IMG/VR virus record: IMGVR_UViG_3300021255_005861
Coordinates: 32,001 to 96,000 of that record
Origin: a virus
Lineage: Duplodnaviria; Caudoviricetes
Length of the DNA stretch: 64,000 bases
Strand: one strand, 5' to 3'
The number at the start of each line of letters is the position of its first letter. Within the stretch, counting starts at the first letter, position 1. The notes below the pieces were generated by a model. The model was not told where the DNA came from and searched no databases. It saw nothing but the letters and a program-made list of their open reading frames with translations. A program made the position numbers and the translations under genes. Of the stretch, positions 9,256-18,949 are shown piece by piece.

Positions 9256-9547
9256 TCACTTGCTAGTTTCCTCTTTTATGTACATGATTACCAGTCCTCC
9301 GAAGCGGGAACGGTCCGTGAGGTTCGCCCCGACTTGCCAGGGGACTTCTATCCGTACCGCACGTACGTCGTTGCCCGGATATCTTTCGAGGTAGGCGTCG
9401 ATGTCGCCGTTGATGTAGGCGTTGGCCTCCGCCTTGGCGCAGTCAATCAGCGGGTAGTTCCGTACGCCGCCGTGCCACTTGCGGGAGTCTATGTACGGCA
9501 GCGTGTCCGGGTAGCCCTTCAGATACTCCTTGTGCTTCCTAGCCACA
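9256..9547 (-). CDS. hypothetical protein, paralog of 10620-10892
   Basis: Shared IEVPWQVGANLTDRSRFGGL; start approximate. Confidence 0.6.
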
Positions 9548-10058
9548 TCACCACGAAGTTCATCTCCGAGGTACGCTCCTTGATATACTCTACGTCCATT
9601 TTCTTGCTCATATCGCGTTGTCCTATAAAAAGTTGCACGGGACGCCCGGCCATCCACCTTGGCCTACTGGCTGCCGCTACGTACGGGACTCGCATCCCGT
9701 CTCGCGACCGCCGGGGCTCGAACCCTATTGTTTCAATGCGAACGCCACAGTGGATAGTGAGCGTCCCCAGGTTGTCTTCAACGTAAATAGCCCTGTTCCA
9801 CCTATGGAGTATTCCCCGCTTGAAAATAACGGGGTTCGGGTCAGCCGTTATCTTCTTTGCCGTGTCCAGGTAGGGTTCCAGGTAATGTAATTCGTAATGT
9901 GTGCTAGACTGCGATACGGTAATAAATCCCTTGCCTACATAGCGGACCACTCCGCATATCGGGGCATACGTGTGGTCCGTGATATGGGCTTTATGGGCAT
10001 ACGTCATAATGTCGCTCATTTCGGGGATTCCTATATGTATAATCGTTTCTCGCAACAT
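9519..10058 (-). CDS. hypothetical protein
   Basis: 179-aa ORF in the array. Confidence 0.55.
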   Translation of the reverse strand: MLRETIIHIGIPEMSDIMTYAHKAHITDHTYAPICGVVRYVGKGFITVSQSSTHYELHYLEPYLDTAKKITADPNPVIFKRGILHRWNRAIYVEDNLGTLTIHCGVRIETIGFEPRRSRDGMRVPYVAAASRPRWMAGRPVQLFIGQRDMSKKMDVEYIKERTSEMNFVVMWLGSTRSI

Positions 10059-10059
10059 A

Positions 10060-10620
10060 TTACTTTAACGGTCTAAAAAATATCCCGCCTTCTTCGTTAG
10101 CAGAATCTATCAATTCCACGGGATAAATCCTGGGCTTTTCATTCGGGTTCGTAACCAGGCTCATAGCCAGGAATGCTTTTTCCCTTGCTTCAAGCAACGA
10201 ACAGGTGAACACCGTGCAGTCTTCAATCTTTTGGAACGGGGACGGCTTCCATTTCTTGTCAGCGTCCAGGTAGCTGCTTTTCCCGTCGCATTCCTTTACA
10301 AGAATGAAACGACGATTCGGGGGTTCAATGTTCAACGGGGCGTTGATTACAACCGCAGGCAGGTCTTCCATAGGACCGTCGGCAAACAAGATGGCTTGCT
10401 GCTTGTAGGTGCCGTCCGTAAAGTCCGCAGTAATCAAGTAGGTGTGCCAACCGATACGGCTGTCATCACAGTAGAAACGGCATTTGAGCGTGTCAAGGTT
10501 GAACGTGTCTTCATACACGTTCTTGATATGGTCTTTTAGTTCTTGAAGCGACTTGACTTCTACCATACGCTCCATAGATTCGTGGAGCGTGAAAAAACTT
10601 CCCGCAGGGCGAATACGCAT
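10060..10620 (-). CDS. hypothetical protein, N-terminal domain paralogous to 23451-23714
   Basis: MRIRPAGSFF...RIGWHTYL...YKQQA. Confidence 0.75.
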   Translation of the reverse strand: MRIRPAGSFFTLHESMERMVEVKSLQELKDHIKNVYEDTFNLDTLKCRFYCDDSRIGWHTYLITADFTDGTYKQQAILFADGPMEDLPAVVINAPLNIEPPNRRFILVKECDGKSSYLDADKKWKPSPFQKIEDCTVFTCSLLEAREKAFLAMSLVTNPNEKPRIYPVELIDSANEEGGIFFRPLK

Positions 10621-10892
10621 TATTTCACCTCTTCTTTTAGATACATAATTGTCAACCCGCCAAAGCGGGATTTGTCCGTAAGGTTCGCCCCAACTTGCCA
10701 GGGGATTTCAATACGGACAGTCTTAATGTCGTTGCCCTTATATTCCTTGCAATAGCTGTCAATGTCATTATTGATAAACGTATTGGCTGCTTCTTCGGTG
10801 GAATGCTCCGTGACCGTCCGTATGCAGGGGTTTTCTACAAGAGCCTTGTATAAGGGGTTGTCCACCCGCTCGCAGCGTGTAACCTTAAACAT
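10620..10892 (-). CDS. hypothetical protein
   Basis: Paralog of 9256-9547. Confidence 0.7.
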   Translation of the reverse strand: MFKVTRCERVDNPLYKALVENPCIRTVTEHSTEEAANTFINNDIDSYCKEYKGNDIKTVRIEIPWQVGANLTDKSRFGGLTIMYLKEEVK

Positions 10893-11211
10893 GTTCTTCC
10901 TCCAGCAGTCCCTGCACCATCAGCCCGTGCTTGTACGCCCGGTGCTCGCGCATGATCCGGTTGTGTTCCTCGCGCCCCGGCACGTAGTCCCGCCAGTGCT
11001 CCCTTATCCGCTTGTCGCTTTTGGCCTTGGACTCGGGGTTCACGACGAGCAGGACGCTCTTCTTGGAGCACCCGTATTCCGTCGCCAGCGACTGGAGGGA
11101 GCAGCCACCCGCCTTGTACCTGCGCAGGATCTCGGCCTTGTCGGCATCGGAGAGGCGCCTCCTGCGGTCGAGCAACTCGGGCAGTCTTATCTTCTCGGAC
11201 TTGTACGGCAT
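10885..11211 (-). CDS. HTH DNA-binding protein
   Basis: SLQSLATEYGCSKKSV helix-turn-helix pattern. Confidence 0.65.
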   Translation of the reverse strand: MPYKSEKIRLPELLDRRRRLSDADKAEILRRYKAGGCSLQSLATEYGCSKKSVLLVVNPESKAKSDKRIREHWRDYVPGREEHNRIMREHRAYKHGLMVQGLLEEEHV

Positions 11212-11219
11212 GGGGGTTC

Positions 11220-11669
11220 CTAGGCTACGAGGCCGAGCTCTACCGCGATGTTGCGGACGGACGTGTATGCCAGCCCGAACTTGATGGCGGTGGAGCGGAT
11301 GCTGTGGCGGGCTTGCAGTTCCTTGACGATGTCGTCCTTGAGCAGGGCGACGCGCTCCTTCTGCGGGGTTTTGCGCCGGCGTTTCGTGGCGAAGGACGTG
11401 CCCATGCGGAAAGCCTTGTTGTACGCCCCCGAGAGGCTCCTGCCTTCTGGTAATACCCCGTTCCTGAGGGATTCCAGTTCGTCTTCCGTGTAGGTGGGCT
11501 TCGCCGTCGTCCAGACGGGGGCGGTATTAGCGGGTGCGCCCTCGTTCGGGCGGAAGCTGACGCCGAGCGAGCAGGCCTTGACTCGGGCCGCGTTCAGCGA
11601 GCGGGTCGGGGGTACTACGTGCTTCGCGAGCATCTCCAGTTCCTCGTGTGTCCAAGTACGAATGGTCAT
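11220..11669 (-). CDS. putative DNA-binding protein (two Myb-like repeats plus HTH)
   Basis: WTHEELEML / YTEDELESL repeats; SIRSTAIKFGLAYTSVR. Confidence 0.6.
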   Translation of the reverse strand: MTIRTWTHEELEMLAKHVVPPTRSLNAARVKACSLGVSFRPNEGAPANTAPVWTTAKPTYTEDELESLRNGVLPEGRSLSGAYNKAFRMGTSFATKRRRKTPQKERVALLKDDIVKELQARHSIRSTAIKFGLAYTSVRNIAVELGLVA

Positions 11670-11694
11670 GGTATCCTTCCTTGTTTCGGAATGA

Positions 11695-11744
11695 AATATA
11701 ACTCATTATTTTCGCCAGTGCACGAATGTAAGGAATAAATAAGG
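11695..11744 (-). promoter_or_regulatory. CTTACA-N26-TATATT promoter
   Basis: One of six instances with conserved spacing. Confidence 0.7.
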
Positions 11745-11751
11745 TTTTTCT

Positions 11752-12561
11752 TCAGCAGGCGGTGTCGGATTCCGCGGCTATCTTTTCCGCCCTCTCGAAC
11801 AGCAGGGTACGCCTGTTGCACGGGAACGGGCAGGACTTGCATCCCCCCATGTTGTAGAACGAGTAGCACCAAGCGTTCTCCTTGCAGTAGTCGGGAGATT
11901 CCCGCAGGTAGCGCTCGTAGAGGGCGTACTTCTGCCGGGGCGTGGGGGAGATGTCGCGGGCGAGGATCTCGTCCAGGGGAGCCAGCAGGTCCGCCTTGTC
12001 CCCGTTGTTGCGGAGTTCATAGCATATGAGGTGATTCCTTCTGCCCTCGGGATAGAATGCACTGTAATATGACCATTTCTGGAGTGTGTCTATGCGCGTT
12101 ATGTCCTCAAGGGCCATGTTGCGGTTATTCCGCAAGCGCTCATAGCGAGTCTTGTTAGGAGCATTCACGAGGATTGACTCATGAATGCTTAAATCAAATA
12201 TCACTCGGTACAACTGCGGGGTGCAGGCCGCCTCCACGAACACTATCTCCTCGGTGTTCCCGTAGCGGTCCGCCAGTGCCTCGGACAGCGTATCCACGAG
12301 GTACTCGAGGAAGGACTGCATCCTATCGTCCTCGTGGTCGAATACGCGGGGCTTCAGCGCCTCCAGGTCGATATCGCCCTCGTCCGTGAGGATTATCTTC
12401 CCGAACGTGGACACGGCCTTCCTGAACACCTCGGGGGTGCGGTATAGGGCCTTGGCCTCGGAGTCCGAGTCCACCACGATGTAGTGCTTCTTGCGGAGCA
12501 GGTCGGCCACGGTGGACTTTCCCGCCCCGATGAGGCCGGTAAGGAGTATAAACTGAGCCAT
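11752..12561 (-). CDS. coaE: dephospho-CoA kinase-like P-loop kinase with Cys-rich C-terminal extension
   Basis: LTGLIGAGKST, VVDSD..A..LY, FG..IL...G.ID...L...VF. Confidence 0.75.
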   Translation of the reverse strand: MAQFILLTGLIGAGKSTVADLLRKKHYIVVDSDSEAKALYRTPEVFRKAVSTFGKIILTDEGDIDLEALKPRVFDHEDDRMQSFLEYLVDTLSEALADRYGNTEEIVFVEAACTPQLYRVIFDLSIHESILVNAPNKTRYERLRNNRNMALEDITRIDTLQKWSYYSAFYPEGRRNHLICYELRNNGDKADLLAPLDEILARDISPTPRQKYALYERYLRESPDYCKENAWCYSFYNMGGCKSCPFPCNRRTLLFERAEKIAAESDTAC

Positions 12562-12649
12562 GTTCTATTCCTTGTATAGGTTGTAGAGTGTTTCAGCCGG
12601 GGACCCGTGCAGCTCCCTCTCGTAGAGGTCTATTATCATAATAGCAAGA

Positions 12650-12687
12650 AATATAGAAAAATTTAGAAAAATTGTTGCATTTGTAAG
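12650..12687 (-). promoter_or_regulatory. CTTACA-N26-TATATT promoter
   Basis: Same motif and spacing. Confidence 0.6.
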
Positions 12688-12732
12688 ATAAAAATACTAA
12701 ATTTATTACATACTCGTAATAATGGTACATTT

Positions 12733-13323
12733 ATGGATATCAAACTTTCTAAATATGCTATAGAGCATAATATTACTTATAGGACGGCCCATAACTGGTT
12801 TAAGGCCGGAAAAATACCGAATGCATATCAAAAGGAAGATACCCATAGCATCTTCGTGACAGTGAACCCGCTGCAGAAGGGGCTTGAAGCTACAAGGGTT
12901 GTCATATATGCCCGTGTGAGTAGTCATGAAAAGAAGAACGACCTGTTTAGGCAGGTTGAACGCTGTAAGGACTACGCCGCAGCCAACGGATACAAGGTAG
13001 ACGCCATCTACAAGGAAATCGCTTCGGGTATGAATGATAATCGCCCGAAGTTCTGGGAAATGCTATCCTCCGAGCCTACTACCATTATATGCGAAAATAA
13101 GGATAGGCTTACACGATTCGGGTTCAACTACATCGAGAGGCTCTTGTCCAAGAATGGCTGTTCCATAGACGTTATGTATCCTAACGACAACAATGAACAA
13201 GATATTATAAAGGATATGATCGCCATAGTTACATCGTTCTGCTGTAGGCTCTATGGTGCACGTCGTGCACAAAACAAGATTAAACGGATGAAGCTGGTAC
13301 TGGAAAGCGACAAGGACGAATAG
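12733..13323 (+). CDS. tnpA: IS607 TnpA serine recombinase
   Basis: N-terminal HTH; IYARVSS, EIASGMN, KDRLTRFGF, SFCCRLYG. Confidence 0.92.
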   Translation: MDIKLSKYAIEHNITYRTAHNWFKAGKIPNAYQKEDTHSIFVTVNPLQKGLEATRVVIYARVSSHEKKNDLFRQVERCKDYAAANGYKVDAIYKEIASGMNDNRPKFWEMLSSEPTTIICENKDRLTRFGFNYIERLLSKNGCSIDVMYPNDNNEQDIIKDMIAIVTSFCCRLYGARRAQNKIKRMKLVLESDKDE

Positions 13324-13326
13324 TCT

Positions 13327-14640
13327 ATGATTGTAAGGATGACACGACATACGCTAAAGTACGCCAATACGGGCAAGCAGGAGGCGGTAACTACGCTTCT
13401 TGCAGAATGGCGGCGTGTCATGCAGTTGTATTGTGATGAAATTTGGGATAACGGGTATAGGTGGAATGATGATAGCGGGTGGCACGAGTTCAAGCCCCGT
13501 GAGTTCAAGTATGAATTACCGAAATATTTGGACTATAAGTATTTCAACGTAGAGACTTGGCTATCTGCCCGAATGCTTAGTTCTTTAGTAACGCAATTAA
13601 GCGGTAAATTACGAGCGATATGCAGCAAGAATGAGGCTCGCCTACATGTATTTGACAAGGAAGCTGGTAAGGGAAACTACCTGGATAGGTTATGGGAGAA
13701 GATCGAAGCCCAGAACCCAACCAAGCCGGACCTTTCCGATGCAGGTATAGAGATATCCAGCAAGTGTGCAGAGTTCTATAGGACACCAGGGGGGGAGTTC
13801 TTTGGATTTCTCCGTATCAGGTCTACGGGATTACCCATATTCAATATTCCTATATGCAAGCATTCCCACTTGTCTAAATATGCCGAAGATATATCCTGGA
13901 AACAATGCAATGGATACCTTATCGACGAATATGGAGTACAATTACGATGGCAGAAGGAAGTACCTGAACGTACGGAAGGAATTAAGGTTGGTATAGACCA
14001 GGGATTGAAGACATGCTTGTCCTTATCGGACGGTCAAACTACAATGGATATGGTTGTACCTGCCCCTAGAAAAGGAGACCCAAATCGGACTATAATAAAA
14101 AACCTCGATACCTTGACGGACAAGATGTGCCGTAAGAAAAAAGGCTCAAAGGCATTCAGGCGGTGCCAAGCAGAACGTAAGAATTACATAGGATACGCAA
14201 TAAACCGCATAGACTTTAATGGCATAAAGGAAATCGGTTTAGAGAAGATAACGAATATCAACTACGGCAGGAATATTGCCAGAAAATTGAAACATTGGTC
14301 CAATCCGGAAATCGTTACTAGGCTCACACAGATTGCGGAGGAACTCGGAGTCCGAGTGAATCTACAATCTAACGCCTACAGATCACAACGATGCTCCGAG
14401 TGTGGACACGTACTCAAGGCTGCGAGGAAGGGAAAGTTATATGTCTGCCCTACTTGTGGGATGGCTATGGATGCGGACACGAATGCATCAAAGAACCATG
14501 CTATAGAACTACCCGATATACCTCGTTGCACTGTGTTGTCCAACCTAGCCAAGAGCGAGGGCTTCTACTGGATGCCTAATGGCTTGTTTAGGATGGATGG
14601 TTCGGAGTTTAGAGTCCCGGACACGTATAAAAGTCAATAG
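13327..14640 (+). CDS. tnpB: TnpB
   Basis: VGIDQG, IGLEKI, SQRCSECG..CPTCG, DADTNASKN; D-E-D triad intact. Confidence 0.9.
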   Translation: MIVRMTRHTLKYANTGKQEAVTTLLAEWRRVMQLYCDEIWDNGYRWNDDSGWHEFKPREFKYELPKYLDYKYFNVETWLSARMLSSLVTQLSGKLRAICSKNEARLHVFDKEAGKGNYLDRLWEKIEAQNPTKPDLSDAGIEISSKCAEFYRTPGGEFFGFLRIRSTGLPIFNIPICKHSHLSKYAEDISWKQCNGYLIDEYGVQLRWQKEVPERTEGIKVGIDQGLKTCLSLSDGQTTMDMVVPAPRKGDPNRTIIKNLDTLTDKMCRKKKGSKAFRRCQAERKNYIGYAINRIDFNGIKEIGLEKITNINYGRNIARKLKHWSNPEIVTRLTQIAEELGVRVNLQSNAYRSQRCSECGHVLKAARKGKLYVCPTCGMAMDADTNASKNHAIELPDIPRCTVLSNLAKSEGFYWMPNGLFRMDGSEFRVPDTYKSQ

Positions 14641-14649
14641 TATATATTT

Positions 14650-14970
14650 CTATGTTTTGACTAACTCCTTGTATTTTCCTAGCGCCAAATCCCTGATTAT
14701 CTTGCAAAACATCCCGTAGAAGCACTCAGGGTTGGGGACGGCGAAGAACATATGCTTGCCCGTGTCCACGAGGTAGTGGGCTCTCGCCAGGGGGTCGATG
14801 TCCTTGGTGTAGTCGGGGACCTCGCTCAAGTTGTGGTGCCTCGGGCACTTCTTTTTCGGGCAGTCCCTGCACGCGGACGTTATCATCCTGTAGTGGCAGA
14901 GCATCTCCCGTTGCACGTCCTCCGGGGCGGACGAGAGTTCCTCGATGAAACTTTCTATCTCGTTATTCAT
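14650..14970 (-). CDS. hypothetical protein
   Basis: 106 aa, Cys cluster. Confidence 0.6.
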   Translation of the reverse strand: MNNEIESFIEELSSAPEDVQREMLCHYRMITSACRDCPKKKCPRHHNLSEVPDYTKDIDPLARAHYLVDTGKHMFFAVPNPECFYGMFCKIIRDLALGKYKELVKT

Positions 14971-14977
14971 AAGTAGG

Positions 14978-15259
14978 TTACCAAGCGATGTACACGTTCA
15001 CGTTACGGGTGTTTAGTTGCTCGAACCCTTCCACCTCCCACCCGATATTTTCCAGGGTGCGGCGGATGTGTTCAAGGTCCTCCTTGGTGGCGTCCCCGAT
15101 AAATTCAGTGAGGTTTATTACAGCCTTGCGCTTTCCTAGCTTGCACGCCTCGGGCACTACGGTGTCTATGTGGCGCTGGCAGACCTCTTGCCAGTTTGTA
15201 TGCTCCTGGGAGAGCTTGCGGGCCTGCTCGGGGGTGATGTTTTTGTAGATTTCGCTCAT
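14978..15259 (-). CDS. hypothetical protein
   Basis: 93 aa. Confidence 0.65.
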   Translation of the reverse strand: MSEIYKNITPEQARKLSQEHTNWQEVCQRHIDTVVPEACKLGKRKAVINLTEFIGDATKEDLEHIRRTLENIGWEVEGFEQLNTRNVNVYIAW

Positions 15260-15648
15260 ATTGCGCCTTCTATCCTTTTCGTATGTACGTGTTTGGGGTA
15301 GCAGAATTTAAGGTCCAGCGTCCCTATGTACCGGAGGAAGTCCTGCCATGCGTAGAATCCCGTGTACCCGCCCCTATAGGAATGGATGAACTCCGTTTCG
15401 TATATCTCGAAGATGTTGAACTCCTCGCCCTCGTCGGGATACTCAAATTGGACGGATCCGTCGGGGCACGGGAACATCTCGAAGCCCTCGGGCAGGATAT
15501 TTGACGTAGCGATGAATCCGGCGTTTTTAAGTACGGCCTCGGGTATGGGCTTGGCGTCGTACCCGTCCCAGTCGGGCTCGGAGCAGGCCCGCCTTATTGA
15601 GTCCACCGTGTTCGGTTCGTAGTTGCCGTTGTCCAGGAAGTGTCCCAT
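15256..15648 (-). CDS. hypothetical protein
   Basis: WDGYDAKPI...PCPDGSVQFE, a common phage motif. Confidence 0.7.
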   Translation of the reverse strand: MGHFLDNGNYEPNTVDSIRRACSEPDWDGYDAKPIPEAVLKNAGFIATSNILPEGFEMFPCPDGSVQFEYPDEGEEFNIFEIYETEFIHSYRGGYTGFYAWQDFLRYIGTLDLKFCYPKHVHTKRIEGAI

Positions 15649-15673
15649 GCGTGTTGTCCTCTTGTTGGTATCA

Positions 15674-15723
15674 AATATAAGTAACTTTCCACGGGAAAAC
15701 GTAGTTGTAAGGAATAAATAAGG
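15674..15723 (-). promoter_or_regulatory. CTTACA-N26-TATATT promoter
   Basis: CCTTATTTATTCCTTACA identical to the 11.7-kb copy. Confidence 0.7.
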
Positions 15724-15784
15724 TTTTATTCAGTATGGATAGTGCCTCGCGACAGGCTTTCCCGCCTTCCAGGTCAAGCGTTCC

Positions 15785-16120
15785 CTATTCCACCACCCGC
15801 TTGATGCTGAACCCATCCTGCGCTAGCATCTTCGCTACGAGTTTCTCCTTGTAGGTTCTTGCCTCGTCCAGCGTGTGGAACGTGTTCATTCCGTAATCCT
15901 CTGGCCTAGTCCATTCCTTGAGGCTGCTCAGTCCGTCCCACTTGCAGCGGAACTGCTGCACCTCGTATAGGTCGTTCTTGAGTTCCACGATGCGGAAATT
16001 TTGGGAATACTGGTCCGTAGGAGGTTTAGGCTTCTTTAATACTTTTTTGATTATGAATGTTATGGCTAACACGAAGATAACGCATATCAGCTTGATTTCG
16101 ATATATTGTAAATATTCCAT
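15785..16120 (-). CDS. membrane-anchored hypothetical protein
   Basis: N-terminal TM segment. Confidence 0.65.
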   Translation of the reverse strand: MEYLQYIEIKLICVIFVLAITFIIKKVLKKPKPPTDQYSQNFRIVELKNDLYEVQQFRCKWDGLSSLKEWTRPEDYGMNTFHTLDEARTYKEKLVAKMLAQDGFSIKRVVE

Positions 16121-16123
16121 AGT

Positions 16124-16519
16124 TCACCTCCTCGGGTCGGCGGGCAGCTCGAAGCACATCGAGCGAGTCTCGTCCGTGTCCTTGCTCTTTACCACCACGT
16201 TCATGCGGTCGTTATAATTCCCGCTGACGTCCAATGATATCTCCAGGTCGGGTCGGGTCGGGTTCGTGACCCGCAGTGGGTTCTCCTCGGGCATCTGCGT
16301 GCCGGGGACGTTGTCGAGGCACACGATAGTCTTCACGGTGAACATAACCGTCGGTGCTGGCATTCCCACGTCCCCAGCGATGCTCTTCCAGTAATTGCGG
16401 ATGGCCTTCACGACGTCGTCATACAGGGCTTTCCCGGAGCTTTCGCTGTCCACGAGGATAGTATTGTCCGAAACGCCGTTCATGCCGCGTTTCGTGTAGA
16501 ATACAAAGTAGGTACTCAT
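16124..16519 (-). CDS. hypothetical protein
   Basis: Start MSTYFVFY with ATGA overlap. Confidence 0.6.
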   Translation of the reverse strand: MSTYFVFYTKRGMNGVSDNTILVDSESSGKALYDDVVKAIRNYWKSIAGDVGMPAPTVMFTVKTIVCLDNVPGTQMPEENPLRVTNPTRPDLEISLDVSGNYNDRMNVVVKSKDTDETRSMCFELPADPRR

Positions 16520-16941
16520 TTTTCCATCTCCTTTAGGCACTCGCAGGCTCGGATGCACTCCGCTATGACGTCGTCCACCGTCCACTTCCTGCTGTGAACT
16601 TCGAGGTACTCGCCCTTCTCGTAGTACGGGGTGTAGTCGCCCGCGTGGCCGTAGTCCCAGCCAATGAACCACCCGGTGTCCTCCAAAGGTTGGAGCGAAT
16701 TTTCTGCGTACGTGACGCCGTAGTGCACGTCCAGGCGGATCTCGTCCTTGAGGCGATTGCCGTACATAGGGTGCGTACTAGGTACCTGCACGTACGCCGT
16801 AGGGTATCTCCCGTTCAGGTTCTTCACGTAGAACTGGAAACCGCAATGTTCCCCCATGGCGATGAGGTAGGCGGGGAAGTCGTCCAGGGGCTTGGCCCTG
16901 TCGTAGTGGTATTTCATTTCCTGCTTGAAATAGATTCGCAT
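16516..16941 (-). CDS. conserved phage protein
   Basis: VHYGVTY...WFIGWDYGHAGD motif. Confidence 0.75.
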   Translation of the reverse strand: MRIYFKQEMKYHYDRAKPLDDFPAYLIAMGEHCGFQFYVKNLNGRYPTAYVQVPSTHPMYGNRLKDEIRLDVHYGVTYAENSLQPLEDTGWFIGWDYGHAGDYTPYYEKGEYLEVHSRKWTVDDVIAECIRACECLKEMEK

Positions 16942-17273
16942 TCTTTTTGCCTCTTCTTGTATTCCCTGTTCCGCTGGCGCTTCCGCTCAAGTCGTTCCGG
17001 GTCCTGCTTCAGTTTCTCGTAATATCTCCGTTTCTTCTCTCGTACCTTCTCGGGATTGTTTCTCTGCCACTCACGGTACCACTCCCGTATCTGCTCCTTG
17101 TGTTCCTCTCGGTATTCCTTGTTCCGGATCCTCGCCCGCTCCTTGCGGCGTTGTAGGGACTCGGGGGAGCGGTTAGGGCGCTTCACGTGCTTAGGGGGCA
17201 CGGATATGGGAGTTTCGGCGATGCGCCGGCGCACCTCCTTCCAGTCTATGCCGCCCAATGGGCTATCCCGCAT
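16914..17273 (-). CDS. basic repeat protein
   Basis: R/K/E-rich, HNH-linker-like repeats. Confidence 0.55.
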   Translation of the reverse strand: MRDSPLGGIDWKEVRRRIAETPISVPPKHVKRPNRSPESLQRRKERARIRNKEYREEHKEQIREWYREWQRNNPEKVREKKRRYYEKLKQDPERLERKRQRNREYKKRQKECESISSRK

Positions 17274-17559
17274 TGAAGGACGAGAGGACGATGACGGCGT
17301 CCTTTCCGTCGGGGATGCCCTGAGTGTACGTGCCTATTTCGGTCACGGACGTGACGCGCTGGTTGTAGCCTATCTCAAACCCGTACTTGTATGCGACGCG
17401 GGGGCTGCGGGACAGGATGGAGCAGGCGAACGCCCCGTCCAGGAGCTCGTCAAGTATCTCCCTGTTCCTGCAGGCGATGGCAGCGACGTCGTACTCGTCG
17501 TAGTCCACGGGGTCCAGTTCCACCAGGAACAGCGGGACGGGTGTAATCGGTTCTATCAT
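17263..17559 (-). CDS. hypothetical protein
   Basis: 98 aa, ends SSFNAG. Confidence 0.65.
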   Translation of the reverse strand: MIEPITPVPLFLVELDPVDYDEYDVAAIACRNREILDELLDGAFACSILSRSPRVAYKYGFEIGYNQRVTSVTEIGTYTQGIPDGKDAVIVLSSFNAG

Positions 17560-18014
17560 AACTTGTTGTTCTCCATGTACTTGAGTGCCTTCTTTACGTA
17601 CTTATTCTTGGTAAAATCCTCGAAGGGCTCCGCGGTGCTGTAGTCCCACAGCGTGAAGTCCCGTTCCACATACATGAAGAGGAACCCGTGGCCGAGGGTT
17701 TCCGCAACGCAGACATCCGGGTTCTTGCCGTAGTGGAACGTGGCTACCCGGTCGTATGCGAACCGTACTATCCTGTACTCGTTCCGGTAGTACCCGTTTA
17801 GGCGTACGCTGGTGATGCGGTATAGCGCCACTTCGGTAGTGCCGGGTTCGTATTCCTCGGGGGAAAACAGGCACGTCCACTTCCCCACTAGGGACTCCTT
17901 CAGGGTATTCACTACCTCGGCGCACCCCCTGGCGTAGACCAGGTCCGCTTCCTTCTGGATGCGGACAGCCTCCCGCCCGAGGGCCTTGAGTTGTTTCTTG
18001 TAATTATTCAACAT
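17556..18014 (-). CDS. hypothetical protein
   Basis: 152 aa. Confidence 0.65.
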   Translation of the reverse strand: MLNNYKKQLKALGREAVRIQKEADLVYARGCAEVVNTLKESLVGKWTCLFSPEEYEPGTTEVALYRITSVRLNGYYRNEYRIVRFAYDRVATFHYGKNPDVCVAETLGHGFLFMYVERDFTLWDYSTAEPFEDFTKNKYVKKALKYMENNKL

Positions 18015-18099
18015 ATCCTACTCCGTGTAAGTTTTCATCACTGCTAGGCGGCTCTTATAAGCCCCGCCCTGTGGACGGCGGATACAAATTCCTCGTAGG

Positions 18100-18420
18100 T
18101 CATGCGTCGTCCCACGTGATGCAGAAGTAGTTCTCGCCTTCCTTGGCGCCCCACTCGGGGCGGCCAGTACCGATGCGGACGCGCGGGTTCTTGAACGTGA
18201 GCCTGCGCTCGGTGTCGTCTGCCTTCGGGTAGCCAAGGGTGAATACGAGGCGGTCGTACCGTTGGAAACCTTCGTAGACCGTTGACAGGTTTGTCTTGAG
18301 CACTATATTCCGTAGCCTCTTTTTCCAGTACGGCTTGATTTCCCTATACTCTTCTCTCTTGACCCCGGCCTTGATAAGGTCGAACCACGGCTTTTTCAGC
18401 GATAACGTGAGCGTTTTCAT
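18100..18420 (-). CDS. ASCH/PUA-like domain protein
   Basis: LTLSLKKPWFDLIKAGVKREEYREIKPYW...GY. Confidence 0.8.
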   Translation of the reverse strand: MKTLTLSLKKPWFDLIKAGVKREEYREIKPYWKKRLRNIVLKTNLSTVYEGFQRYDRLVFTLGYPKADDTERRLTFKNPRVRIGTGRPEWGAKEGENYFCITWDDA

Positions 18421-18665
18421 TTTGCTTGTTCCTTGTTGATGTGCTTCGCGATGATGTCCGCGACGCTTTCGAAGTTTGCGCGTGTCGCCACGCACCTGGA
18501 GCTGCCGCGAACTCCAGTACGCCCGACGTACACCTTGAACTTCCGGGGTCCCTGCGCCTCCGACTGGCTTACCGACCAGCTAAATTCGCCAAGATTGCCG
18601 TAGAAGCATCCCGGAGCCCCGTTTTCCTCTTTTGTAGCCATTTCGATTTCTGTAGCGTTTACCAT
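18417..18665 (-). CDS. hypothetical protein
   Basis: 82 aa. Confidence 0.6.
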   Translation of the reverse strand: MVNATEIEMATKEENGAPGCFYGNLGEFSWSVSQSEAQGPRKFKVYVGRTGVRGSSRCVATRANFESVADIIAKHINKEQAK

Positions 18666-18669
18666 TTTC

Positions 18670-18867
18670 TCATGCTCCCTCTACAACCTCGTACGTATCC
18701 ACGGGCAGCAGGCGCAGGAAACCCCACGTACCCGAAATGCCGCCCATGTCGTCGATGCTGGTCACTACGCCTTCCTTGCCGACGAGTTTTCGCTCGGACG
18801 GGGGCAGCGTGCCGTCCGCGTCCGGGGCGAACCCCAGTATCCTAATCCTGTCGCCTACCTTCACCAT
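18670..18867 (-). CDS. DUF4314-like small beta-barrel protein
   Basis: VGDRIRI...GVVTSIDDMG.I..TWG.L.L...D. Confidence 0.6.
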   Translation of the reverse strand: MVKVGDRIRILGFAPDADGTLPPSERKLVGKEGVVTSIDDMGGISGTWGFLRLLPVDTYEVVEGA

Positions 18868-18897
18868 CTGCTAATCCTCTAGTTAACATGTGCCTAC

Positions 18898-18947
18898 AAT
18901 ATAACTAATCCTCCACGGAATAGTGCGAATGTAAGAAATAAGTAATA
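18898..18947 (-). promoter_or_regulatory. CTTACA-N26-TATATT promoter
   Basis: Same motif and spacing. Confidence 0.7.
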
Positions 18948-18949
18948 AC

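Larger units (their letters stand above)
12700..14660 (+). mobile_element. IS607-family element (ends approximate)
   Basis: Serine recombinase plus tnpB, AT-rich, opposite strand to flanking genes. Confidence 0.85.

Noticed and set aside
9690-9745. tRNA (GGGTTCGAGCCC T-loop-like on the minus strand)
   Set aside because: No acceptor, D or anticodon arms; lies inside an ORF.
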